Origin: an uncultured Thermoleophilia bacterium
GTDB lineage: Bacteria > Actinomycetota > Thermoleophilia > UBA2241
Assembly (NCBI GenBank): GCA_963702475.1
Contig: CAVPCT010000005.1
Coordinates: forward strand, 512,001-576,000
Reading direction: 5' to 3'
Length of the DNA: 64,000 bases
Part shown: one piece after another, positions 53,912-62,379 of the stretch
How the letters are laid out: the number at the start of each line of letters is the position of its first letter
Position numbering within the stretch: position 1 is the first letter of the stretch
Program-made: the position numbers and the translations under genes
The notes under the pieces: generated by a model
Databases searched by the model: none
The model's input: only the letters and a program-made list of their open reading frames with translations
What the model was told of the DNA's origin: nothing

Positions 53912-54591
53912 TCACCGCCGAACGCAAACCCTTCGACGAGATCGTCGAGCTCGTCGGCGACAGGAAGAAGGTCCTCGTGGCCGGCTGCGACACCTGTGTC
54001 GCGATCTGCCTCACCGGCGGCGAGAAAGAAGCTGAGGTCCTGGCCAGCGAGCTCAAGATCAAGGCCGAGATGGACGGCCGCGAGCTCGCCATCGAGCACA
54101 CCGCCGCCATCCGCCAGTGCGAGTGGGAGTACCTCGACATGATCGCCGCCAAGGTCGAGGAGGCCGACGTGGTGCTCAGCATGGCGTGCGGCATCGGCAT
54201 CCAGAGCATGGCCGAGAAGTTCGCGCCCAAGGTGGTACTGCCGGCGGTGAACACCAACATGCTCGGCATGCCGCAGGAGCACGCCGTGTGGCTCGAGCGC
54301 TGCGGCGCCTGCGGCGACTGCGTCATCGGCGAGACCGCCGGCATCTGCCCCGTGGTCCGCTGCAGCAAGAGCCTCATGAACGGCCCGTGCGGCGGCTCGC
54401 ACGACGGCTTCTGCGAGGTCACCACTCCCGAGAAGGAGAACCTCGACTGCGCCTGGCACCTCATCTGGGACCGCCTCAAGGCGCAGGGCCGCGAAGAGCT
54501 GATGATCAAGAACCGCCCGCCGAAGAACTGGGGCGCGAGCAGCTCCGGTGGCCCGCGGAAGATGGTGCGTGAGGAGGCGAAGCCGGTATGA
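53908..54591 (+). CDS. metV: MetV, the methylene-THF reductase Zn/Fe-S partner subunit
   Basis: GCDTCVAIC, RQCE, ACGIG, CGACGDC, CPVVRCSKSLMNGPCGG, CAW. Confidence 0.9.
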   Translation: MITAERKPFDEIVELVGDRKKVLVAGCDTCVAICLTGGEKEAEVLASELKIKAEMDGRELAIEHTAAIRQCEWEYLDMIAAKVEEADVVLSMACGIGIQSMAEKFAPKVVLPAVNTNMLGMPQEHAVWLERCGACGDCVIGETAGICPVVRCSKSLMNGPCGGSHDGFCEVTTPEKENLDCAWHLIWDRLKAQGREELMIKNRPPKNWGASSSGGPRKMVREEAKPV

Positions 54592-55532
54592 CCGCGACCG
54601 AGTACAAGGCTGGCACGAATCTCGAGAAGGTCTTCAGCGAGGGCAAGTTCGCCGTCACCGGCGAGTGCGGCCCGCCCAAGAGCGCCGACGGCAGCGTCAT
54701 CGCCGGCAAGGCCGACATGCTCAAGGGCTACGTGGATGCGGTCAACATCACCGACAACCAGACCGCCGTCGTCCGCATCGCCTCCCTCCCGTCCGCCGTC
54801 ACCGTGCAGCAGCACGGGCTCGAGGCGATCATGCAGATGACCTGCCGGGACAGGAACCGCCTCGCCATGCAGGCCGACATGCTCGGCGCCCACACCCTGG
54901 GCGTCCACAACATCCTCTGCCTCACCGGCGACCACATGAGCTTCGGCAACCACCCGCAGGCCAAGGGCGTGCACGACCTCGACTCCATCAACCTGATCGC
55001 CATGCTCAAGAGCATGCGCGACGACGCCAAGTTCGAGTGCGGCGAGGAGATGGCGGTCGCGCCCAAGTTCTACATCGGTTGCGCCGAGAACCCCTTCGGC
55101 GACCCCTTCGAGTACCGCAGCATCCGGCTCAAGAAGAAGATCCTGGCCGGCGCCGACTTCATGCAGACCCAGTGCATCTTCAACGTCCCCAAGTTCAAGA
55201 CGTGGATGGAGGAGGTCCGCGCCGAGGGCCTGCACCAGGAGATCAAGATCATGGCCGGCCTCACGCCGCTCAAGGGCGTCGGCGGCGCGCGCTACATGAA
55301 GAACTTCGTGCCGGGCATGGACGTGCCCGACGACATCGTCGACCGCATGGCCGGCGTCGAGAAGGGCCCGGCCTCGCACGCCGAGGGCAAGAAGCTCGCC
55401 GTCGAGATGATCAAGGAGCTGGCCGAGGTCGAGGGCGTCGCCGGCGTGCACATCATGGCCGTCGAGTGGGAAGAGGCGGTGCCGGAGATCGTCGAGATGG
55501 CCGGCCTCCTGCCTCGTCCCACCGTGGCGTAA
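54588..55532 (+). CDS. metF: Methylenetetrahydrofolate reductase
   Basis: ECGPPK, NITDN, TCRDRNRLAMQ, LCLTGDH, AGADFMQTQ, GVHIM. Confidence 0.95.
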   Translation: MTATEYKAGTNLEKVFSEGKFAVTGECGPPKSADGSVIAGKADMLKGYVDAVNITDNQTAVVRIASLPSAVTVQQHGLEAIMQMTCRDRNRLAMQADMLGAHTLGVHNILCLTGDHMSFGNHPQAKGVHDLDSINLIAMLKSMRDDAKFECGEEMAVAPKFYIGCAENPFGDPFEYRSIRLKKKILAGADFMQTQCIFNVPKFKTWMEEVRAEGLHQEIKIMAGLTPLKGVGGARYMKNFVPGMDVPDDIVDRMAGVEKGPASHAEGKKLAVEMIKELAEVEGVAGVHIMAVEWEEAVPEIVEMAGLLPRPTVA

Positions 55533-55543
55533 GGAGGCAGGGT

Positions 55544-56129
55544 ATGACCACCTGCACCCCGAGCCCGCTGCTCGCCGAGAACGTCGGCACGGGCTGCGGC
55601 GAGAACGCGTACAAGTGCTACCAGTGCAAACGCTGCACGTCGGGCTGTCCGGTGGCGCGGTACGCGGACATGCACCCCGCCATGATCATGCGCGCCGTGC
55701 AGCTCGGCCAGCTCGACATGGTGTTCGACGACCGCTTCATCTGGCTGTGCACCGGGTGCGAGACCTGCACCACCCGGTGCCCCCAGGGCATCGACATCGC
55801 CGCCGTCATGGACGAGCTCAAGATCATCGCCCGGCGCCAGGGCCGCATCCCCGCGGACACGCCGTCGGCCGAACATGCTCAAGCTCAACTACGACTCGTT
55901 CGTGCGCTGGGGCCGCATGTGGGAGGTCGAGCTGATCACCCGCGACGTGCTCAAGCGCCCGGGCAGCGCCAGGAACTGGTTCACGCTCGGCCCCAAGATG
56001 ATGCTCAAGGGCAAGATCAACCCCACGCTCAAGAAGGGCGACGCCCTCGCCATGAAGCGCATGGTCGCGACCGCCGAGAGCATCACCAAGGCGCGCATGG
56101 CGCAGCAGAAGAAGGAGGCGCGGTCATGA
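55544..56129 (+). CDS. hdrC: Heterodisulfide reductase subunit C; frameshift at about 55870
   Basis: CYQCKRCTSGCP, IWLCTGCETCTTRCPQGID; C-terminus in ORF 55875-56129. Confidence 0.9.
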
Positions 56130-56992
56130 GCGCCACCATGGCCTACTACCCCGGCTGCTCCCTGCACGGCACCTCGGGCGAGTTCGACGCCAGCTTCAAG
56201 GCGACGGCCCGGGCGCTCGACATCACCCTGCAGGAGATCCCCGGCTGGGAGTGCTGCGGCAACACCGCGGCGCACTCCATCAACCGCCTGCTCTCCGTGG
56301 CCCTGCCGGTCAACGAGCTGGCCAAGGTGGAGCAGGACATGCGCCTCGACAGCGTGGCCGTGCCGTGCGCGGCCTGCTACAGCCGCTTCAAGATCGGCCC
56401 GTACGAGGTCGCCGAGAGCGTGCAGACCGCGGCCGACGTACGTGCCGTGGTCGGCCGCCCGTACAACGGCGGCGTCGAGGTCCAGAACCTCATCGACGTG
56501 TACCACGACACCGTGGGCCTCGAGGCGCTCAAGGCGCGCGTCACGCGCCCGTTCCGCGGCCTCAAGGTGGCCTGCTACTACGGCTGCCTGCTCACGCGGC
56601 CGCCCAAGGCCACGCTGGCCGACGACCCCGAGTACCCCATGCACATGGACGAGGTCGTCAAGGCGCTCGGCTGCGAGGCCGTGCAGTGGAACTACAAGAC
56701 CGACTGCTGCGGCGCCTCGCTGGCGCTCACGGAGCAGGGCATCGTGGACGACCTCGTGGGCCGCATCGTCACCGACGCGCACCAGTGCGGCGCCGAGGCG
56801 ATCGTGGTGTCCTGCCCGCTCTGCCAGGTCAACCTGGACGGCCGGCAGCTCATGATCGTCAAACAGCACCCCGACTGGCACCACGTGCCGGTCGTGTTCC
56901 TGAGCCAGCTGGTCGGCCGCGCCATCGGCATCGACGACAAGACGCTGGGGCTGCAGAAGCACCTCGTCGACGTCGCCGCCGTGATGGCGTAA
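56126..56992 (+). CDS. hdrB: Heterodisulfide reductase subunit B
   Basis: YYPGCSL, ECCG, PCAAC, YYGC, DCCG, SCPLCQVNLD (two CCG domains). Confidence 0.93.
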   Translation: MSATMAYYPGCSLHGTSGEFDASFKATARALDITLQEIPGWECCGNTAAHSINRLLSVALPVNELAKVEQDMRLDSVAVPCAACYSRFKIGPYEVAESVQTAADVRAVVGRPYNGGVEVQNLIDVYHDTVGLEALKARVTRPFRGLKVACYYGCLLTRPPKATLADDPEYPMHMDEVVKALGCEAVQWNYKTDCCGASLALTEQGIVDDLVGRIVTDAHQCGAEAIVVSCPLCQVNLDGRQLMIVKQHPDWHHVPVVFLSQLVGRAIGIDDKTLGLQKHLVDVAAVMA

Positions 56993-57016
56993 GCGAGCGT
57001 CACAGAGCCATCGCTC

Positions 57017-57052
57017 GAAAGGGCGGCGGGCCTTGCGGCCCGCCGCCCTTTC
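57017..57052 (+). terminator. Intrinsic terminator of the hdr-met operon
   Basis: 16-bp stem GAAAGGGCGGCGGGCC-ttgc-GGCCCGCCGCCCTTTC followed by TCTT. Confidence 0.8.
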
Positions 57053-57176
57053 TCTTGGCGCGACCGCGGCGCCGGCGGCGGCCGCAGCCCGACGCCCCGC
57101 CGCGAGCCCCCTCGCGAGGCGTGACCTGAGGTGCCCTGCCACGTACAGTGCTGGTGCCGACGACGAAGGAGGGACC

Positions 57177-57803
57177 ATGGGCACTGTTCCGGAGACGGCC
57201 GGCGCCGGCCGGGTGCTGCTCGTGTACGCCACGCGGCACGGGTCGACGAGGGAGGTGGCCCAGGCGGTGGCGGAGGAACTGCGCCGGGCCGGCGCCGAGG
57301 TCGAGCTGTGCGAGGCCTCATCGGCGCCGGCGCCGGACGGCTACGACGCCGTGGTGCTCGGCGCGCCGATGATCATGGGCTGGCACAAGGAGGCGCGCAG
57401 GTACGTCAAGGCGCACCGGCAGGCGCTCGCCCGCCTGCCGTGGGCGCTGTTCGTGACGGCGGCCTCGCTCACCGAGGACGGTCAAGCCGCCGTGCGCGGC
57501 GTGCCGGTCGCCAAGGACCCGTGGCTCGTGAAGCAGCCCCGCGACTCGGGCCGGCTGGGTCGCAAGGAGCGGTACGCGCTGCCGTCGCATTACCTCGGCG
57601 ACATCATGGACGAGTGCTCACCGGCCCAGCCCCTTCAGACGGCCTTCTTCGCAGGCTCGCTCGACCTCACGACCATGAACATCTTCGAGAAGCTCTTCGT
57701 GCTGCTCGCGGTCGGGGCGACGCCGGGCGACGGCCGCCACTTCGACTACGTGCGCGAGTGGGCGCGCGGGCTGCCTGCGGTGCTGCGCACGCAGCGCGGC
57801 TGA
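57177..57803 (+). CDS. Flavodoxin-domain protein (HemG-like long flavodoxin)
   Basis: LLVYATRHGSTREVA, YDAVVLGAP, FAGSLD, VREWA. Confidence 0.82.
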   Translation: MGTVPETAGAGRVLLVYATRHGSTREVAQAVAEELRRAGAEVELCEASSAPAPDGYDAVVLGAPMIMGWHKEARRYVKAHRQALARLPWALFVTAASLTEDGQAAVRGVPVAKDPWLVKQPRDSGRLGRKERYALPSHYLGDIMDECSPAQPLQTAFFAGSLDLTTMNIFEKLFVLLAVGATPGDGRHFDYVREWARGLPAVLRTQRG

Positions 57804-57876
57804 CGCACCTGAGCGCAGGCCCGGGGGCTGAGCGCGGCTCTCGTGTCCACGGCGCCGCCGCCGTGGCGCGGCGCCA

Positions 57877-58242
57877 TCATTTGAGCTCGGTCGCCACGTA
57901 GCGGCTCACGGCCTGGATCTGCTCCGCCGTGAGCTGATCGCCGTAGCCCGGCATGCCCGAGGCGCCGTCTGTGACGACGCGGGCGATCTCCGCGGCGTCG
58001 TCCTCGCCGGCGATGACGACCGAGCCGCGTCCGTCGGAGCCGTGACAGCCGGAGCAGAACTGGACGTACAGGCTGTCGGGGTCGGTGGCCGGCGACAGGT
58101 CGGCCCCGGAGGACTCGGCGGGCGTGGCGGCCGAGGACTCCACCGGCGCGGTCGACGGTCCCTGGTCGGTGGAGCCGCCGCAGGCGGCGACGGTCGCCAC
58201 CATGGCGAGGGACAGGACCAGGACGAGGGCTGAACGACGCAT
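57877..58242 (-). CDS. Monoheme cytochrome c lipoprotein
   Basis: Lipobox VAAC, CSGCHG, GMPGYG axial Met. Confidence 0.87.
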   Translation of the reverse strand: MRRSALVLVLSLAMVATVAACGGSTDQGPSTAPVESSAATPAESSGADLSPATDPDSLYVQFCSGCHGSDGRGSVVIAGEDDAAEIARVVTDGASGMPGYGDQLTAEQIQAVSRYVATELK

Positions 58243-58402
58243 GCGGGCTCCATTCGCGAGACGTGGACGTTGTTCCGGTACCCCAGATACCGTCCAGCGT
58301 ATCGCACAGCCGCCCGCACGCGGGCGACGCAGGTGTGCCGCTCCCCATAGAATGCGCCCTGCGCATCACTCACCAAGCTCACCGAGAGGAGAGGGACGGT
58401 CG

Positions 58403-59053
58403 ATGACTACCGTTGATGAACTGGTCGGCGCGGTGCAGGCGGGCGACGCATCCCAGGCCGCCGACCTCGCCGCAAAGGCGCTGCAGGACGGCGCCGACGC
58501 AACCGCCATGGTCGGATCGCTGTCGGCCGCCATGCGCGCCGTGGGCGACCGCTTCGGCACGGGCGAGATCTTCCTGCCGGAGCTCATGCTGTCGGCGCGC
58601 GCGATGCAGAAGGCCATGGAGGTGATCCAGCCGGCCCTGCTGGACTCAGCCGGCGCGGCCGCGAAGCAGGGCGTCGTCGTGCTCGGCACCGTGCGCGGCG
58701 ACGTGCACGAGATCGGCAAGGACATCGCCATCACCATGCTGCGGGCCTCGGGATTCGAGGTCGTGGACCTCGGCCGCGACGTCGATCCGCTCGACTTCAT
58801 CAAGCGCGCCGAAGAGGTGAAGGCCGACATCATCGGCGCGTCCGCGCTGATGACCACCACCATGCCCGCGCAGAGGGAGCTGGTCGACATCCTCGTGGCC
58901 AAAGGCCTGCGCGAGAAGTACCACGTGATCCTCGGCGGCGCCCCCGTCACGGCCGAGTGGGTGGCCGAGACGGGCGCCGACAGCTGGGGCGAGGACGCCG
59001 GCAAAGCCGTCAAGGTCCTCGAGCAGTACATGGCCGCCAAGAAGGGGGCGTGA
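58403..59053 (+). CDS. Corrinoid-binding methyltransferase partner protein (MtmC/MttC-like)
   Basis: EIFLPEL cap domain, GDVHEIGK, DLGRDV, SALMTTT, ILGGAP. Confidence 0.93.
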   Translation: MTTVDELVGAVQAGDASQAADLAAKALQDGADATAMVGSLSAAMRAVGDRFGTGEIFLPELMLSARAMQKAMEVIQPALLDSAGAAAKQGVVVLGTVRGDVHEIGKDIAITMLRASGFEVVDLGRDVDPLDFIKRAEEVKADIIGASALMTTTMPAQRELVDILVAKGLREKYHVILGGAPVTAEWVAETGADSWGEDAGKAVKVLEQYMAAKKGA

Positions 59054-59054
59054 C

Positions 59055-60434
59055 GTGTCGCACCTGAAGCTGTGGGAGATCATGGAGCGGGCCGCCGAAG
59101 GTCCGTACTGCGAGGACGACGAGTTCCTCTACGACCTCTTTCTGCCGAAGATGCAGGAGGTGCTGCGCAAGTACGAGATCAAGTTCGACCCCGCGCAGCC
59201 GGTGCCGGCCGACGATGACCTGGCCGACCGGATCTGGAAGGCCGCGGTGGAGCTCTTCCTGCACGTGGGCGTGCATAACGTCGACACGCACCGTCGCATC
59301 CTCATCACCGAGGACGAGCTGAACGAGGCACTCTATCTGGCGCCGAAGGTGCACCAGGTCGGCGCCGGTCACGAGACGCGCTGGTGGATGCCGCGCAAAG
59401 TGGAGGACGAGCGCGGCCCGTTCGTCATCTTCAGCCCCGACATCACCTACGACGAGGAGATCTTCCTGCAGGCCTCCCTTGCCTACGTGCAGGAGCCCCT
59501 CGCCGACGGCGTCTGCGGGCCGATCCTGGAGGAGTCCATCGGCCGCACCATCCACTCCGGCACTCCCACCGAGATGGCCGGCGTGATGGAGCACGCCATG
59601 CAGCTCCGCAACGCGGCCAGGCTGGTCGGCCGCCCGGGCCTCTTCCTCGTGGCCGTGGGCACGGCGCAGTCGGACGTCGGCCAGATCGCCGTGAGCAACA
59701 ACGAGTGGGGCGTGCGCAGCACCGACGGCCGCCTCATCGGGGTGCTCACCGAGATGAAGACCGACAACGAGCTGCTCAACAAGGTCACGCACTGCAAGCA
59801 GTTCGGCTGCGCCATCGGCTGCCTCACCGGCGCCATCTACGGCGGCTACGCCGGCGGCGCCGAAGGCACGGCGGTGCTGGAGGTGGCTCACCACCTGGTC
59901 GGCCTCACCGTGTACCAGCACAACTTCAACAACAGCTTCCCGTTCCATATGCAGTACACGTCCAACAGCGGACGGGAGATGCTCTGGCTGGTCAGCTTGG
60001 TGCACCAGGCGCTGGCCCGTAACAGCCGTATCCTCAGCACCAGCAACGGCTTCTTCAACGCCGGGCCGGGTACGGAGATGCTGTTCCGCGAGGCCTCGGC
60101 GCACGCCATCGCCAGCGTCGTGAGCGGCGGCGACCTGTGGACTTCGGCGCCGCGCCACAACAAGTACCGCAACTACGCCACGCCGCTCGAGGCGCGCCTG
60201 GCGGCCGAGTGCGGTCACGCCGTCGCCAACCAGGGCATGACCCGGGCGCAGGCCTGCGAGGTAGTCGACACGCTGCTCAAGAAGTACGAGGCGGAGATCC
60301 CCACGGCCCCCGAGGGCAAGCCCATCCAGGAGTGCTACGACCTCATGAAGGTCAAGCCGCAGGGCTGGTACCTGGACATGTACAAGGCCGCACGCGAGGA
60401 GCTCGCCGGGCTCGGCGTGCAGTTCCCGTACTGA
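59055..60434 (+). CDS. Monomethylamine:corrinoid methyltransferase (MtmB) homologue without pyrrolysine
   Basis: DDDLADRIWKAA, DTHRRI, GRPG, EMKTD, IYGGYAGGAEGT, AGPGTEM, TPLEAR; no in-frame TAG. Confidence 0.85.
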   Translation: MSHLKLWEIMERAAEGPYCEDDEFLYDLFLPKMQEVLRKYEIKFDPAQPVPADDDLADRIWKAAVELFLHVGVHNVDTHRRILITEDELNEALYLAPKVHQVGAGHETRWWMPRKVEDERGPFVIFSPDITYDEEIFLQASLAYVQEPLADGVCGPILEESIGRTIHSGTPTEMAGVMEHAMQLRNAARLVGRPGLFLVAVGTAQSDVGQIAVSNNEWGVRSTDGRLIGVLTEMKTDNELLNKVTHCKQFGCAIGCLTGAIYGGYAGGAEGTAVLEVAHHLVGLTVYQHNFNNSFPFHMQYTSNSGREMLWLVSLVHQALARNSRILSTSNGFFNAGPGTEMLFREASAHAIASVVSGGDLWTSAPRHNKYRNYATPLEARLAAECGHAVANQGMTRAQACEVVDTLLKKYEAEIPTAPEGKPIQECYDLMKVKPQGWYLDMYKAAREELAGLGVQFPY

Positions 60435-60468
60435 GACCCCGTCGCGGCGCGAGCCGCGGCCGCGGGAC

Positions 60469-60511
60469 GAGACGCAGACGGGGCGCCCAGCGGGCGCCCC
60501 GTCTGCGTCTC
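60469..60511. terminator. Perfect 20-bp hairpin between convergent units
   Basis: GAGACGCAGACGGGGCGCCC-agc-GGGCGCCCCGTCTGCGTCTC. Confidence 0.75.
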
Positions 60512-60569
60512 CGGCCGGCCGCGGCCGGCCCCCTGCGATGTCACGCGCCGACACGCGGCGCGGGCTGCG

Positions 60570-60816
60570 TCAGCTCTGCTCCTCCTGCTCGGCCAGCTGC
60601 TGGTACAGCTTGTCGAGGCCGAGGGCGAGAGCCTTGCGGCGCAGCGTCACCGCTCAGCGGCACACCTGCCCGTCGCTGTGCACCGGAAAGGTGGCCTCGC
60701 GCTCGGCCGGGCTCATGGCCGCGACGCGCGCCGAGAATGCCGCCCCATCCGTGGGCAGCTGCTCGGTACGCGGCCGCCGCTGCGGCCCGCCGCGCCTCTC
60801 GTCCTTCGTCCTGCAT
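60570..60816 (-). CDS. Candidate 81-aa selenoprotein (C-R-U motif); one frameshift at about 60765
   Basis: AGGAG RBS; a high-GC3 frame continues through the TGA at 60654-60656 for 27 codons; SECIS-like hairpin directly downstream of the TGA. Confidence 0.6.
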
Positions 60817-60836
60817 ACGCTCTTTCTCCTGATCCG

Positions 60837-61265
60837 TCACGGAAGGGGTTCCCGGTCCCACTCCGAGGGCGTGAACGCGCACCCCGGCTCGCCTCCTACG
60901 GCGAGCAGCGCGGTACCCGGCTCGAGCGCAATGGCGCCCCTCTGGCTCTTCGGGTCGGGCACGTAGACGAACGTGCCGGCCTTGGCGTCGAACTCCTCGC
61001 CGTCCACCTTGAAGCGGGCGCTGCCCGTCACGACCAGGTACAGCTCCTCGTGGTGCGTGCCCGACTCCGGGTCCTCGGTGTGGTCCTCGGTGAGGATGTC
61101 GCCGGCCTTGGGCGCCCGGAACAGGTTGGTGCCGAAGGAGCCGATGCCGAAGAACCGGCGGATGGGTCTCCACTCCGTCTCCGGCGCCCACTCGTACGGG
61201 ATCGTGGGGATGTCGTCCATGGGCGCGGCCACGTAGCGGGCCGCGCCCTCCGCGCTCTCGCTCAT
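60837..61265 (-). CDS. Cupin-domain protein
   Basis: HTE...HHEELYLVVTGSARFKVDGEEFDAKAGTFVYVP. Confidence 0.85.
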   Translation of the reverse strand: MSESAEGAARYVAAPMDDIPTIPYEWAPETEWRPIRRFFGIGSFGTNLFRAPKAGDILTEDHTEDPESGTHHEELYLVVTGSARFKVDGEEFDAKAGTFVYVPDPKSQRGAIALEPGTALLAVGGEPGCAFTPSEWDREPLP

Positions 61266-61391
61266 GCCTGTTCCTCCCTGACGTCGCCTGGGGTGCAGCT
61301 TACCCGCGCGAGGGAGGAGTCACCCCCTCGCGCGGCCGGGCTGGGCCGGGGGCGCCGGTGCCGGCCGGAGAGGCTCCGCATCCGGCCCGCG

Positions 61392-62129
61392 TCAGACCTC
61401 GGCCGGCGCGCAGCCGCAACCGCAGGCCTCACACACGACAGGGTTCGGCGGCGTCTCCGGCGCCGGCTCGGAGCCGCCCATCTCCCAGAAGATGTCCTCG
61501 CCGAGCGTCTCGCCCGGCTCCACGACGATGAACTCGTCGTCGTGCGGGCCGCGGATGAGCTTCTCGAGCAGGCGCAGCGAGCCGTCGAGCTGGACGACCG
61601 GCAGGTCGTAGAACTTCGACACCGTGTCCACGTAGTCGTGAGCCTTCTCGAGGTCGTACGTGCCGGTGTCGATCACGGCGATGCGCGTGTACGACTCCAT
61701 GATCATAAGAGCGACCATGCGCGCCTTCTCCTCGCCCATGCGGGGGACGACCTTGAGGTACTCGCGGTACGGGTCCTCCAGCTCCTCGATCCAGCCGCGA
61801 GTGTAATAGTACGTGCCCGGGTGCTCGTTGAACTCGCGCATGTAGGCGCGGCGCGAGCCGAGCAGCAGCGAGATGCAGTCGTCGCAGGCCGGCAGGACCA
61901 GGCGGTGCGTGCCGGCCTTCAGGTCCGCGGCGCCGTTGGAGCAGCGCCCGTAGGCCAGCAGGATCGTGCAGTCGCCGGGCGTGGTGTCGATGCGCTCCTG
62001 GATCTTCTCGCGCAGCACGTCCGGGGTGTCGTGCAGGAAGCCTTCGAGGTAGTCCACCGGGATGTCTCCGCGCAGCGCCTCCACCTCGTCGCGGATGGTG
62101 CTGCAGGCGATGATCTTGTAGTCCGTCAT
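61392..62129 (-). CDS. DUF1638-domain protein
   Basis: IIACS, LHDTP, LAYGRCSNG, DDCISLLLGS, GTYYYTRGW; C-terminal CEACGCGC. Confidence 0.85.
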   Translation of the reverse strand: MTDYKIIACSTIRDEVEALRGDIPVDYLEGFLHDTPDVLREKIQERIDTTPGDCTILLAYGRCSNGAADLKAGTHRLVLPACDDCISLLLGSRRAYMREFNEHPGTYYYTRGWIEELEDPYREYLKVVPRMGEEKARMVALMIMESYTRIAVIDTGTYDLEKAHDYVDTVSKFYDLPVVQLDGSLRLLEKLIRGPHDDEFIVVEPGETLGEDIFWEMGGSEPAPETPPNPVVCEACGCGCAPAEV

Positions 62130-62288
62130 GGTCGCCGTTGCCTTTCGGTCGAGCGCAGGGGTCCGTCGGCCAAGTGTAGGGCATGGGCGCGGGAATGTCA
62201 GGCCGATTCCGTCCTGATTGTGGTCAAGCCGTCGGCTGTGCCGGCGCGGGCGCGGCGTGAGCCTGCGGCCGCGCCGCCCCCCGTACAC

Positions 62289-62329
62289 GGCGGGGGCGGG
62301 GCGCCCGTGCCGGGCGCCCCGCCCCCGCC
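62289..62329 (-). terminator. 19-bp hairpin after the secreted-protein gene
   Basis: GGCGGGGGCGGGGCGCCCG-tgc-CGGGCGCCCCGCCCCCGCC. Confidence 0.65.
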
Positions 62330-62379
62330 TCTCCGCGGCTCGCTCACGCGGGCCGCGTCAGCGATTCAGTGAGCTCGTT

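Noticed and set aside
54548-56992. Apparent 814-aa HdrC-HdrB fusion
   Set aside because: Artefact of a metF shadow frame plus the hdrC frameshift; hdrB has its own AAGGAGG RBS and an ATGA overlap at 56126
59055-60434. Pyrrolysine recoding
   Set aside because: No in-frame TAG and no pyl genes in the window
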